Shown here: positions 51,024-61,887 of the stretch, in pieces
How the letters are laid out: each line of letters opens with the position of its first letter
Position numbering within the stretch: position 1 is the stretch's first letter
Origin: Candidatus Poribacteria bacterium
GTDB lineage: Bacteria; Poribacteria; WGA-4E; WGA-3G
NCBI GenBank assembly: GCA_964291315.2
Contig: OZ219753.1
Span: forward strand, 2,240,001 to 2,304,000
Length of the DNA stretch: 64,000 bases
Direction of reading: 5' to 3'
The notes under the pieces: generated by a model
The model's database searches: none
The model's input: only the letters and a program-made list of their open reading frames with translations
Told to the model about the DNA's origin: nothing
Made by a program: the position numbers and the translations under genes

Positions 51024-51812
51024 TTACAAACGGATGTCTATGTCTAGCAGCTGCCAATACACAATCTTCCAATCTGGTCCTTCGCGGCGGAACTCACATT
51101 TACAACCGGATCTGATTTCTCTCAAGTCTTCTTCCGCACCTCTTCTAGCATCTACATCAAGGCGAACGGTTACTGCCGCTTTTCTAGCATGTGTTACGTC
51201 CATTTGTACATCCTTGAAAACGAATTGAAGAAAGGTGTATTCCTCAAAGAGTTTTTTCATCGCCGGATCGACATCCGCATAATTTTCAGGAATAATACCT
51301 GATGCCACCCCGAAAAGGGTCGCATCATCACTTGCAGCGACGTATGTTTCCGAGAAGTGTGCCTTAATCGCTTCCATGTTTTTTGCGTCTAGGGACTCAA
51401 GAAGACCGGAAAAACGGTCAAAAAATTCCTGCATCTCTAACATTGGATCCCTCAGCGGTGTTAACGCAATATTCACCGTCACACGTTGCTGTTTAATAGT
51501 AAAATTTTGGCTATGAGGTTTGTAATCCGGATCTTCCACAATCAGGTTATAGGTATCTCCATAAAGCACATTTTGAAAAGTGTAAACCCCATCCAAGCCA
51601 GTTTGAATCGATTGTCCAAGCAGCCTTACAGTTACCCCAGGAATGGGATTTCCTGTTCCAGCATCAGTGATGGACCCAGAAGCTGTACCGTATTCAAGTG
51701 CTACTGATTCCTCGGGTTTAGGTTCAATCTCAAGTGCTTCTTCTGCTTGGCCGCATGCAAAAATGGGTATTAGTAGTAACAGAAATAAAATGTTTGTTTT
51801 GCGTGTCATCAT
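51024..51812 (-). CDS. Lipoprotein with carboxypeptidase-regulatory-like domain and NTF2-like C-terminal domain
   Basis: IFAC lipobox; G.ITD..TG.PI.G..V; C-terminal WKIV. Confidence 0.7.
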   Translation of the reverse strand: MMTRKTNILFLLLLIPIFACGQAEEALEIEPKPEESVALEYGTASGSITDAGTGNPIPGVTVRLLGQSIQTGLDGVYTFQNVLYGDTYNLIVEDPDYKPHSQNFTIKQQRVTVNIALTPLRDPMLEMQEFFDRFSGLLESLDAKNMEAIKAHFSETYVAASDDATLFGVASGIIPENYADVDPAMKKLFEEYTFLQFVFKDVQMDVTHARKAAVTVRLDVDARRGAEEDLREIRSGCKCEFRREGPDWKIVYWQLLDIDIRL

Positions 51813-52231
51813 CTGTTTATCATCCTTTTTTGTTACTTAGCCATTACCTTACTTGTAATCATTTAATCATTCAACAAATTTTCCAATTGTTTTTGACGCT
51901 GCAGTTTTGTGAAGAAAAAAATGAACGACTATAGTAAATTATATAAATAATTTTACATATTACCGCATGTACGTTAGTCTTTATACTTATGAGATACTCA
52001 ACATTCATACACAAATCCTACCGCAAAACGTCTCTCACTTTTCCGATCCCTACCGTCGCTGAATGAGCCAAACACCTCATGGGTTTTCCAACTGGCATCT
52101 TTTAAGCCGATGCCCGGTGAAAAAAGCGGAGTATCAGCAGACGCTCCGCGGGGAGAACGTGTTACGGCGATGTGCTCGGGTCTTCCCTATAAAAGTAGTT
52201 CTTTAATTGAGGCACGGCTGGACGGAATCCA

Positions 52232-52390
52232 CTATGGTAATGTTACCATGTGGCAGAATCCGATATGATAAAGCAAACTGATCGACGGGCCGAAAATGAA
52301 TTGCGTTGTTTTCCAGAACCAGAAATCGTTATGAAATAAGAATAATAACGCAATCAGAGAGTATAACTGCCCTTTAGTTTGCGGTTTCAT
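52232..52390 (-). CDS. Small membrane protein, DUF3311-like, possibly truncated
   Basis: LLFLFHNDFWFW....FG....LLYHIGFC; overlaps the TRAP gene stop. Confidence 0.45.
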   Translation of the reverse strand: MKPQTKGQLYSLIALLFLFHNDFWFWKTTQFIFGPSISLLYHIGFCHMVTLP

Positions 52391-54404
52391 GAAGTGTTTC
52401 CTGTTTCTGCCAATTATAGTAGAAAGCAGTAGTACTTGCAACTACAGCTATTCCATGAATCCAAGCGAACTGTACATCAATAGGTGCAAAAAAGAAGATA
52501 AATGCAGCGATAAACAGCACCGTGCGAGTCAATAGTGACAACCGGCTAGCGAAATAACCAGCGATAGCAGCTGCAAAGATAACCGTTCCAAGCAAGGTTA
52601 GAGAAAAATTCATTAAGACTGTCCACACTGCTGGGGTTCCACCGTCCGGTTGCAACCAGAGCAACGCCGGGCGGAGCACAAAGGCGTAAGGTAAAGCAAA
52701 ACCGACAAACGCGAACCTGAACGCCGTGAACGCTGTCGCCATTACCCTAGAACCTGCAATAGCAGAGGCAGCATAAGCTGCTAATGCAACAGGAGGTGTC
52801 ACCATGGACATCATGCCGAAATAAAAAATAAAAAAGTGTGCTGCAAGCGGGATAACCCCTAAATCCAGAAGCACTGGACCTACCAAGATAGCCATTAGTA
52901 GATAACAGACTGATGAAGGCAGACCCATTCCGAGGATAACCGTTGAAATCATCAGAAAGAACAGTGCCAACATCAGATTCGTAGCTGCAAGCGGTAAGAG
53001 TGTGGACGGCAACTTGCCTCCGATGCCGGTCAAGGTCACCACTCCTAAAATAATACCTACACATGCCGCGGCTGCAATCAGTGAAACGCCGCTCTGCGCT
53101 GCGCGCTTACAAGGCCATACTAAGAAGTTGATTCCTTTCAGTAAATCCGAGCTCCCGATACGAGTTTCTGTCCTAGAATCTTGCTTACCTACTTTTGCTC
53201 TCAAGAAATCTAGCAGACTTACAGCAACAACTACTAACAGACTCCAACTTACCGCGCGAAACGCTGTGGTCCCCATCAGTAAAGACCCAATGAGTGTAAC
53301 AAAAGCTGCCAGAAAGATTCCGCCTTGTACGGTTACCATTTTTCCGCGTCCTGCTTCTTGTCCATCGTCATGTGCCTCGATTGGTTCAGGATTGCAAGTT
53401 TTTCCTGCAGTATATCTACGCCTTCTCGCAGCAAAGTGTACCATGCACAACATTCCGGTGTAATAGAGGATTGCTGGCAGCAATGCGGCCTTTATGATTT
53501 CCAGATAGGTGACAGCGGGTTCCACAATCTCCAGCATCATATACGCCGCCGCCCCCATAATAGGAGGAACCAATGCCCCACCAGAACTTGCAGCGGCTTC
53601 AATCCCTCCCGCCATTGCTGGTTGAAATCCGGAGCGTTTCATGAGTGGAATCGTAAAGGTCCCAGTTGTTGCTGTGTTCGCGACTGCAGAACCGGAAAGT
53701 GATCCCATCAGACCGCTGCTGAGCACAGCGACTTTTGCAGGTGCCCCTGTGCTCGAACCAAACACACGCTTTGCTAAATTCAGTACATAACTTGTCGTCC
53801 CGGTTCGTTCCAGCAACGTACCAAACAATACAAACAAGAAAACATAGGTAAACATAACCCGGAGTGCGATACCAAACGTGCCTTGACTGTGCAAAAAAGT
53901 CTGACTGATGATCCGTTGAACCGAATACCCACGATGTGGAAACAACCAATCCGGCATCAAGTGCCCAAAACCGGCATAGAGAAGGAAGCCCAAGGAGAGC
54001 AACGGGAGTGTTATACCGATAGAACGGCGCGTCGCTTCTAAGATTAAGAGAAGTCCGACTGCCCCAAAGATATAGTCCAGCTGCAGCTCCGCACCCGCCC
54101 GTTCACCGAGTGGTTTATCAGCTAACCAGAGACGTTGAAAAATCGGTTCTGTCTGCGTCAGCACGTACCCGAAGCAGAGAATCACACATCCTATCAGCAC
54201 GACATCAAGTAGTTGCAAAACACGACAGTCAACAAAGCGTCGATGGATAGGATAATTCAAAAACACCACTATCAATCCGAGCATCGCGAAAAGAGCTAAC
54301 TCGGATTGTGGTGAAAGCTGTGGATAGTTGACCTCGACTAAGATGAAGAGGCACAGCAGTACAGAAACTGCAAGAAAGATCTTATCTTTCAACTGTTGTT
54401 CCAA
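52374..54404 (-). CDS. TRAP transporter 4TM/12TM fused permease
   Basis: LEATRR, GAPAKVAV.SS...GS.SGS.VAN...TG, EA.AS.GG...PP.MGA, LGMGLP, TPPVALAA. Confidence 0.93.
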   Translation of the reverse strand: MEQQLKDKIFLAVSVLLCLFILVEVNYPQLSPQSELALFAMLGLIVVFLNYPIHRRFVDCRVLQLLDVVLIGCVILCFGYVLTQTEPIFQRLWLADKPLGERAGAELQLDYIFGAVGLLLILEATRRSIGITLPLLSLGFLLYAGFGHLMPDWLFPHRGYSVQRIISQTFLHSQGTFGIALRVMFTYVFLFVLFGTLLERTGTTSYVLNLAKRVFGSSTGAPAKVAVLSSGLMGSLSGSAVANTATTGTFTIPLMKRSGFQPAMAGGIEAAASSGGALVPPIMGAAAYMMLEIVEPAVTYLEIIKAALLPAILYYTGMLCMVHFAARRRRYTAGKTCNPEPIEAHDDGQEAGRGKMVTVQGGIFLAAFVTLIGSLLMGTTAFRAVSWSLLVVVAVSLLDFLRAKVGKQDSRTETRIGSSDLLKGINFLVWPCKRAAQSGVSLIAAAACVGIILGVVTLTGIGGKLPSTLLPLAATNLMLALFFLMISTVILGMGLPSSVCYLLMAILVGPVLLDLGVIPLAAHFFIFYFGMMSMVTPPVALAAYAASAIAGSRVMATAFTAFRFAFVGFALPYAFVLRPALLWLQPDGGTPAVWTVLMNFSLTLLGTVIFAAAIAGYFASRLSLLTRTVLFIAAFIFFFAPIDVQFAWIHGIAVVASTTAFYYNWQKQETLHETAN

Positions 54405-54546
54405 AGAGATTAATTTGAGTCTGCCTTCCGCATTGAAGCGGTCATAGAGCGTTTTTTAAGCAGTGTGTTAAACCACAAGTGAACTGCCTAAACCACTTCA
54501 TTAAGTGTAACAGAAAAATGGGGATATATCAAGAGGAAGTACGGAT

Positions 54547-55605
54547 TCACGTCGAGTTGTCTTCATAAGTGCTGTGCTGCTCTGGTGCTTCCTTCGTCCT
54601 CCGGGTTGCGCCTTTAAACACAGTATAGAGATACCAGAATGCAGGTAGTAATAAAACACCACCTACACCTAATATAATCAGCATCAAACGCAACACAGTA
54701 TCAGACGCAGCCGTGTTTGCAAAAGTTAGGTCCGGTGTGACAAGGAACGGATACTGCGCCAATCCCCAACCGAAAACAATGAGAACGACTTGTATTGGAA
54801 CAAGGATACAAGCATGCCGAAATTGGCGTTTCCAAATCGCCCAGATTGCCCATAGTGCAATCGCACCCGTCAAGATATGAAACGGAATCGACCAAGGTGC
54901 ACTGCCGAGTCCACGCCGAATTGTTGGTGCACCTTCAGCAGATAAAATGAAACTCAGCCCTGCCATTGCCCCGACGCTTACTGCAGAAATGAGTGCACGA
55001 TGCCGAAAGTCTTCTTGTAAGTTGGGGTCCTTTGTCTCTAGTGTCAGATACACCGCTGCAAGCAAGGCGCAGAGTGTCAAGGTGAAAAAACCGATTGCAA
55101 ACGGAAATGGCACAAACCAAGCTGAGATAAAGTCTGTCTTTACCTGTCCACTCGCTACATCAACTCGAATCGCCCCGGATGCAACAGCACCTAATGTAAC
55201 CCCTAGCATGATCGGGGTGATAGCACTTGCAACAGCGAATACTTGGCTCCAGCGTCGGTGCGTCGTGTCAGATTGGACATCGTAGGTCCTAAAGACAAAC
55301 GCTGAGCCGCGCAGCACAATGCCGATAAGCATCAATGTCAGTGGAATATGCAAAGCCGTGCTAATCGCAGCGAATGCCATGGGAAACGCCACAAAAAGCA
55401 ATACAACAATCACGATCAACCAGACATGATTCGCTTCCCAGATCGGTGCAATGGCTTCTGTGATCAAGGCGCGCTGGGCTTTGGCCCGGCGACCTGTCGC
55501 AAACAAATCCCAAATACCGCCACCAAAATCCGCTCCACCTGTCAACATATAGATAATTAGGGAGATAAGCATCACGCCTGCGATGCAAAATTCAAGTGTA
55601 AACAC
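54547..55605 (-). CDS. cydB: Cytochrome bd oxidase subunit II
   Basis: GADFGGG, PIWEANHVWL, AFP, LRG.AF.FR. Confidence 0.92.
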   Translation of the reverse strand: MFTLEFCIAGVMLISLIIYMLTGGADFGGGIWDLFATGRRAKAQRALITEAIAPIWEANHVWLIVIVVLLFVAFPMAFAAISTALHIPLTLMLIGIVLRGSAFVFRTYDVQSDTTHRRWSQVFAVASAITPIMLGVTLGAVASGAIRVDVASGQVKTDFISAWFVPFPFAIGFFTLTLCALLAAVYLTLETKDPNLQEDFRHRALISAVSVGAMAGLSFILSAEGAPTIRRGLGSAPWSIPFHILTGAIALWAIWAIWKRQFRHACILVPIQVVLIVFGWGLAQYPFLVTPDLTFANTAASDTVLRLMLIILGVGGVLLLPAFWYLYTVFKGATRRTKEAPEQHSTYEDNST

Positions 55606-55787
55606 AACACTGCTCCATCGAGCCTCGCTATGAATCCGAACCTCAGATGTTAGAACAGCAAACTCTCACAACGGAGGTTGTCACGCGGGTATAAACATTA
55701 CACTCCGCTGGGGTACACTTTCTTGAAAAAACGCCTTTCCATACGGCTGGAGAGGTGCTTAGAATTCACCGAAGTTCAGTTTCGTTT

Positions 55788-57080
55788 TTAAACTGGCGTA
55801 AAAATAAGGCGGCGCAACAGAATGAAAACAATAATAGAGAGAAATATGTACAGCACCGTAAAACTAATAAAGGGGACAACGAGATGCGGCATCGGGGTCA
55901 CCGCTTCTGCGGTACGCATAAGGTTATAGATGATCCAGGGTTGCCGCCCAACCTCGGTGACCGTCCAGCCTGCTTCAATCGCGATAAAACCAAGCGGGGT
56001 GCAGAACGTGACGAATCGAAGATACCAACGTTGGTTCGGTAACCCTTTACATTTCCATGAAAGCCAGCCGCCGAGAATCGCAGCGATAATTAAGACTATT
56101 CCACACGCGACCATAATCTGAAACGCAAAATGTACGATTGCCACAGGAGGACGATCTTCAGGGGGGACCGCCTTGAGCCCCATAACCTCAGCGTTGAAGT
56201 CGGAATAAGCAAGAAAGCTGAGTGCCCCGGGAATCTCAATCGCATAACGGGTTTCCTCAGCATTTTCGTCAGGAATACCGCCGATGCGCAGTGGGGCCCC
56301 GCGTTCCGTTTCCCATTGTGCTTCCATTGCCGCAAGCTTAACCGGTTGATACTTCGCAAGCCGCTTGGCACTAATGTCGCCTGAAATCGGCTGGAGGAAC
56401 GCAAAGAAACCGCCAACGCTCAAAGCAATAGCAAACGCCCGGCGATGGAAAAGGTTATCCGGATCACGCCTGAGAAAATAGGCATGGATGCCAGCCACGG
56501 CAAACCCAACAGAAAGAAACGCGGCGATTGTCATATGGAGCGTATGACTGAACGCGGATGGATTGAGCATTGCTGCAACAGGATCAATATCTGTTACTTC
56601 GCCATTGACAATAGAAAAGCCAGTGGGGGTATTCATCCATGCATTTGCGGTAACAACGAAGATGCCGGAAAGAGTGCCTCCGAGTAGGACCATCATACCG
56701 GCGAACCAGTGAGCATATTTTGGGATACGGTCCCAACCGTAAAGGTAGAGTCCCAAGAAAATTGCTTCAAGAAAGAACGCAAACCCTTCCAATGAGAACG
56801 GCATACCGATGATGGGACCGGCGTAGGCCATAAAACCGGGCCACAATAGTCCTAACTCAAAGGATAAAACGGTGCCAGAGACTGCTCCAACAGCAAACAT
56901 CACAGCAGTGCCTTTTGCCCACTGCTTCGCCAAGGTTAGGTAGACCGCCTCGCGGGTTTTGAGCCACAATCCTTCAGCAATAACCATCAAGAGCGGCATT
57001 GCTATACCTACAACGGCAAAAATAATGTGAAAGGCCAGGGACATCGCCATTTGTGACCGTGCTGCCAATAAATCTGTCAT
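55788..57080 (-). CDS. cydA: Cytochrome bd oxidase subunit I (short Q-loop type)
   Basis: AR.Q.A....FH, FAVGAVSG, E..AFF.EA.F, NAWMNTP, QP.K.AAME, GW..TE.GRQPW; GGAGG RBS. Confidence 0.95.
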   Translation of the reverse strand: MTDLLAARSQMAMSLAFHIIFAVVGIAMPLLMVIAEGLWLKTREAVYLTLAKQWAKGTAVMFAVGAVSGTVLSFELGLLWPGFMAYAGPIIGMPFSLEGFAFFLEAIFLGLYLYGWDRIPKYAHWFAGMMVLLGGTLSGIFVVTANAWMNTPTGFSIVNGEVTDIDPVAAMLNPSAFSHTLHMTIAAFLSVGFAVAGIHAYFLRRDPDNLFHRRAFAIALSVGGFFAFLQPISGDISAKRLAKYQPVKLAAMEAQWETERGAPLRIGGIPDENAEETRYAIEIPGALSFLAYSDFNAEVMGLKAVPPEDRPPVAIVHFAFQIMVACGIVLIIAAILGGWLSWKCKGLPNQRWYLRFVTFCTPLGFIAIEAGWTVTEVGRQPWIIYNLMRTAEAVTPMPHLVVPFISFTVLYIFLSIIVFILLRRLIFTPV

Positions 57081-57215
57081 GATACTGACCTCCTGCATAT
57101 CCCTGATGTACACTATCGAGGGACATAGACACCGCCCTTATCTCTTGTAGGCTCGGCGCTATTATGGATGTAGGTTGTCTTTGTGCAAATACTCCGAAAA
57201 TCGCCCTTATTGTGT

Positions 57216-58061
57216 TCAAGTATCCCATGATTCAAGTCCGAGAAGTTTTTTGCCCAAGGGGGTCAACTCGGCAGTTCTACCTTGATAATGCTCCTTTTCT
57301 TTCTCCTCTTTCCCAAGGCCTGTTAACCGTTCACGCCATCCGGCAACTCGGCGCTCACGTGACTGAGGACCTCCGTTTGCTGGTGCAGGCGACATGGTGA
57401 TGTATTGTGCCATCCGTGGACGTTCAGCAGAGTTTGGGCTGCTTCCGTGCGGTAAGGCACTGTGCCAGATAACAAGATCACCCGCTTTCCCCGCAATTGG
57501 AACCGCCTCGGTTTGATATTCTCGGACAACCTCTCGTGGGTTGGCATTGTCAGGTAGACTCTTCAACCACCGCTCCAATTTCCGATGGAACCCCGGAATA
57601 CAAGTAAACGCCCCCTGATTACCCGGTGTATCTGCTAGATATAAAACACCTTGTACCTTCAAACGCACCGGCATATCGTCCAACGACATATCCCAATGCA
57701 GATAAGGCCCGGTGAACTTCCAATCTGGACGCTCAGGGGGATTCATGCTCGCGCGATCAAAACTAACCCAAAGCTTCTCGGTTCCCCAAATCTCTGAGAA
57801 CGCCTGATGCACACGCGGGTACTGCCGGTTATCCCATAGCGCTTGATGTTGATACATTTCCACCATGATGCTCCGACGCGGCGGATCTGGATACCAACAC
57901 TCCGGATCGTCTCGATCCATCTCTAGAAAATCCCATACGGCTTGTTCCGCAGCACGGCAATTCTCAAGCGGTACAGCTTCTCGGACAACAACATAGCCGT
58001 GCTCTTCCCAAAATTCTAAGGCTTCTGCATCAAAAACTGGCATTGAGTATCTCCTTACCAA
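57216..58061 (-). CDS. PhyH family dioxygenase
   Basis: HWD, QGVL.L.D....GAF.C.PGFH, AGDL.IW...LPHG..N...PR. Confidence 0.85.
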   Translation of the reverse strand: MVRRYSMPVFDAEALEFWEEHGYVVVREAVPLENCRAAEQAVWDFLEMDRDDPECWYPDPPRRSIMVEMYQHQALWDNRQYPRVHQAFSEIWGTEKLWVSFDRASMNPPERPDWKFTGPYLHWDMSLDDMPVRLKVQGVLYLADTPGNQGAFTCIPGFHRKLERWLKSLPDNANPREVVREYQTEAVPIAGKAGDLVIWHSALPHGSSPNSAERPRMAQYITMSPAPANGGPQSRERRVAGWRERLTGLGKEEKEKEHYQGRTAELTPLGKKLLGLESWDT

Positions 58062-58435
58062 TCAGCTTAATGTCAAGCTGTTCTGTGAACAGAAAAACAG
58101 TTGATTGCCTGAAAATTAGTATGACGTTAAGAGAATACCACAAAATATGCAGAGAATCAACCCTTTTACCTCATAAAATAGATCTAGTCAGTCTCACGGT
58201 ATAAAAATAGCTTGCATAAAAATTGCTATTTATTCAAGTTTCTGTTTCAATACCGTTGAAATTTTGCTTGACGACACAAGATCTTTCGAGTAAAGCTTTT
58301 AAAAATTAAAAAAATGAAAAATAGTTTATACTGTGAGGGAGGCGCGCCCAGTGAGGTTGTACCTACAATATCAAGAGATAGCAAATAATGGGGAATACCT
58401 TCCTATACAATGAGTAAAAGGACAGAATTTGAACT

Positions 58436-58948
58436 ATGCCCGTACCAAAAACACGTAAAGAGCTTCTCGACGCTATCGAGACTAACTTTGAACTTCTTGC
58501 TAAGGATCTTGGGTCAGTGCCTATACAAAAAACTAACGAAGTGACTCTTGAGGGACATGCTAAGGGAACAGTGATGAATGTCCACAATCTGGTAAGTTAT
58601 CTTCTGGGTTGGAATAGACTTGTGCTGAAATGGATTGAAAAAGACGCGAAAGGAGAATCGATTAATTTCCCTGAAACAGGCTTCAAATGGAACCAGCTTG
58701 GCGCGCTTGCGCAAAAGTTTTATGCCGACTTCAGCGTTGTGCCTTTTGATCAGTTGTTGAAGGAGCTTACAATCACAAAGCAGAACATTGTTGATTTTGT
58801 CTCCAGCAAAACCAACAAGCAGCTGTATAGCGCACCTTGGTATAAAGAATACACCATGGGGCGAATGATCCAATTCAACACGTCTTCGCCATATGCTAAT
58901 GCGCGCACGCGGCTACGGAAATGGAAGAGGCAGAATGATATCGCATAA
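58436..58948 (+). CDS. ClbS/DfsB family (DUF1706) four-helix bundle protein
   Basis: MPVPKT..ELL, YL.GW..L.L.W, FPETG.KWN.LG.LA..FY, W....T.GR.I..NT.SPY.NA..R.RKW. Confidence 0.88.
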   Translation: MPVPKTRKELLDAIETNFELLAKDLGSVPIQKTNEVTLEGHAKGTVMNVHNLVSYLLGWNRLVLKWIEKDAKGESINFPETGFKWNQLGALAQKFYADFSVVPFDQLLKELTITKQNIVDFVSSKTNKQLYSAPWYKEYTMGRMIQFNTSSPYANARTRLRKWKRQNDIA

Positions 58949-59043
58949 TGTGAGACCTTCGACAACAGGCTTACTAGAATTTAGAGCTGCTCAGTTGACG
59001 ATATTCGGTAGATGTCAGGTGCTCTGAACTACTAGAGACTGTA

Positions 59044-59280
59044 ATGCCGCTCAATGAGAAGGATCCACATTTTATAAGGCGGGTGTATACAGGGCTGCTC
59101 TGGGACGTGGGAAGACCTGCTCCAAGCGCAACCGTAACCATCTTCTTAATCCTTAGGCTCGGAGAGTACACAACCACTGAAACAGACGGTGTTTACATAT
59201 TTCCACATGTCCAAGGAGATGCCCTGGATATTCGTGTTGAAAATAAAGGTTACGAGTCTAAAGAGGTAGCTGTGTTATGA
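59044..59280 (+). pseudogene. Fragment of a carboxypeptidase-regulatory-like domain gene
   Basis: G.P...ATV......TTETDGVY.F..V....I.V...GYE.KE; no signal peptide or continuation. Confidence 0.4.
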
Positions 59281-59819
59281 TCTAACCAGCCGCTGTCACA
59301 TTACCTATCTCTACTTCTGACACAGACGGTGAGGTTTCTTGTGTTAGAGTAATGGTCTGAGTTGAATACCTGGGGCTTCCAGGTACCGGTACAGAATTGG
59401 GTTCAGTAGTGATCACTGCCTCATACTCGTAGTTTGATTTCAGGCACTGAAGTCAGCAACAACGGTGTAGCTGTCGAGACAGGATAAGGAAAGTCTTGGG
59501 TTTCTATGGAGGATGGCCTCACAATCAACGGTTGAAGATGTTTTGCTGTACACGGGAGGATCTGGTGTTTGTTTTGTATTGACGCGGGTGACTTTTTGAG
59601 GAAGAGGTACACATTGGCTTGGGAGCATGCGTGAGTGCACAGTTCTTGTATAGTGTAGCTCTTTTTACACTATTTATATCGAATGTGATGGAAACCGTTG
59701 ACGTGCACCTTATGTTTAACAGAAAAATTTTCTTGCGATCAATTTAAGTTTGTGATACGGTATAAATACTTCATGAACAGACGCAATTTGCGAATATCAG
59801 GACGAAGGAGAATATCCGA

Positions 59820-60773
59820 ATGCTTAAAGCAGGCTTTATCGGAGCAGGTGGACGCAGTCAAGGCGCACATTATCCAAACGTCAACCGGCTTGAACATGAC
59901 GTTGAAATGCTTGCAGCGTGCGAACTAGATGAAGAAAAACTTGCACAAGTCGCGCATAAATATGAATTTCCCCACACTTTCACAGACCACCGGAAAATGT
60001 TGGATACAACAGATTTAGACATTGTCTATTGCGTGATGAATGAAAAATGGATTTTGAAAACCGCCTTGGATTGTCTCAACGCTGGCAAGCATTTATTCAT
60101 TGAAAAACCACCCGGGGCCAACAGTGATGAAACGCAACAGTTATTAGAGGCAGCAATTGCAAATGATGTTTATTGCATGGTCGGATTTCAACGGAGATAT
60201 GCCGCTGTCACGCGTGAAGCGATGCGACGTGTTGCAGAAAAGGGACCTGTTACATTAGCCGTCACCACTTTTAACAAACAGATGCTCGGGCAGAATCGAG
60301 ATTTTACAACAACGCTTTGGAACGATGTCTGCCACGTCGTCGATTTGCTCCGGTACATGGCCGGTGGTGAACCGGTGGAAGTCACCGCGCATCGCGACAC
60401 GTTCGGGGCAGCACAGCGCAACTTCTACACCGCCTTCGTCCGTTTCGATAACAACGTCACGGGGGTACTCTTTGGGAGCCGCGCATCCGGTGGACGCGTC
60501 CTACGTTCTGAATTGCACGGTGTTGGTATCGGTTGCTACATGAAAATACCCGAAGAAATCGAAATTTACGAGGATAACAACAGAAGTGTTATACAAGGGT
60601 GGAAAGTTGACAATGTGGATCAACGCGATACACCCAGCTACGAAGGGGTGTTAACGATGCATCGCCACTTCGTCGATTGCGTCCGCGACCGAAAAGTCCC
60701 ACTCACAGATCTCCGTGATGTTATTCATTCAATGCATTTTGTTGACCAAATAGAAGGACCTCTGCCCAACTAA
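59820..60773 (+). CDS. Gfo/Idh/MocA family oxidoreductase
   Basis: GFIGAG, GKH.FIEKP, VGFQRR, H.VDL. Confidence 0.92.
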   Translation: MLKAGFIGAGGRSQGAHYPNVNRLEHDVEMLAACELDEEKLAQVAHKYEFPHTFTDHRKMLDTTDLDIVYCVMNEKWILKTALDCLNAGKHLFIEKPPGANSDETQQLLEAAIANDVYCMVGFQRRYAAVTREAMRRVAEKGPVTLAVTTFNKQMLGQNRDFTTTLWNDVCHVVDLLRYMAGGEPVEVTAHRDTFGAAQRNFYTAFVRFDNNVTGVLFGSRASGGRVLRSELHGVGIGCYMKIPEEIEIYEDNNRSVIQGWKVDNVDQRDTPSYEGVLTMHRHFVDCVRDRKVPLTDLRDVIHSMHFVDQIEGPLPN

Positions 60774-60855
60774 TTCTGGCTGTACATTTGGGTGAAACAT
60801 CAGAAATTGGAAATGTCCGCAAACCCATCCAATTAGGAATAGTTACGGATTTTTC

Positions 60856-60884
60856 TTGACATTCCTTTCCCGAAGCGGTATACT
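60856..60884 (+). promoter_or_regulatory. Sigma70-type promoter for the phyH-BCP-PAP2 operon
   Basis: TTGACA-17 nt-TATACT. Confidence 0.65.
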
Positions 60885-60970
60885 GTTTTTACTACACAGC
60901 GAATACTCCTTGATTGCATGCAAATCGCTATTTACATAGATATAGAGTTTTGAAGGGATAGCTTCAATCT

Positions 60971-61837
60971 ATGCTTGACGATAAACATTTAGAACACCAG
61001 CTCACTGAGGAACAGCGCGGCGCTATGGATGAGGATGGATACTTTATCGTTGAAAATGCCCTGCCATCAGTTCTCGTTGAACGTCTTGAAGTACGAGTGG
61101 ATAATATCTACCAGGCCCATCTTGACGCTGGTTACGATCCATACACCCAAAATCAGCTGAGCGAGCATAACAATTTCTTCTATCCGAATTTCCTCGGCAA
61201 GGATCAGGTTTTCGTGAATATTGTGGACTGGTACAAAACTTTCCCGAAAGTTTGGGGTATCTTGGGCTGGAATATCTACTCTTATCACAGTCACTTTATC
61301 ATTACACCTCCGCGCCCTGAGAGGGTTCGCCATAAACCTGCCCCGCTGGGCTGGCACCAAGATAGCGGACGCGTTAATATCGAAATTGAAAGCTCACCCC
61401 GACCGCGGCTCTCTATCAAGGTGGTCTATTGGTTATCTGACTGCTCGGAGCCCGGCCGCGGTAACTTTTATATCATCCCAGGGAGCCATTTGTGGGATAA
61501 ACTAGAGGATCGTCCAACAGACGGATCACTACCGAAGGGCGCGATACCTGTCTGCTGTAAGCCCGGGGATGCGGTTTTCTTCGATCGGCGTTTGTGGCAC
61601 ACACGCAGCGAAAACGATTCAAACATCACTCGCAAGGGGCTCTTTTACGGATACGGCTATCGATGGCTACGGAGCAAAGATAATATGACAATTCCAAAGG
61701 AGATGTTCGAGCGAAATGATCCAATTCGCCAGCAGCTGCTTGGCGGGGGGACAAATGCAAACGGGCATTTTTCACCAAGAAACGCAGATGTACCTCTGAA
61801 GGTATGGCTCGAAGAAAAAGGTGTCCTCGTAAATTGA
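60971..61837 (+). CDS. PhyH family dioxygenase
   Basis: WHQD, IPGSH, PGDAV.FDRRLWH..S.N....RK. Confidence 0.9.
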   Translation: MLDDKHLEHQLTEEQRGAMDEDGYFIVENALPSVLVERLEVRVDNIYQAHLDAGYDPYTQNQLSEHNNFFYPNFLGKDQVFVNIVDWYKTFPKVWGILGWNIYSYHSHFIITPPRPERVRHKPAPLGWHQDSGRVNIEIESSPRPRLSIKVVYWLSDCSEPGRGNFYIIPGSHLWDKLEDRPTDGSLPKGAIPVCCKPGDAVFFDRRLWHTRSENDSNITRKGLFYGYGYRWLRSKDNMTIPKEMFERNDPIRQQLLGGGTNANGHFSPRNADVPLKVWLEEKGVLVN

Positions 61838-61887
61838 ACGAACAAGACTTTGAAACTAAGACAAAATACTCGTGGAGGTACAATATA

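Noticed and set aside
55606-55787. Possible small cydX/cydS gene or REP element between cydA and cydB
   Set aside because: No convincing hydrophobic ORF; only a weak palindrome (CTCCGCTGGGG)
59290-59640. Minus-strand fragments of a possible secreted protein
   Set aside because: Multiple stops and frameshifts; no recognisable family
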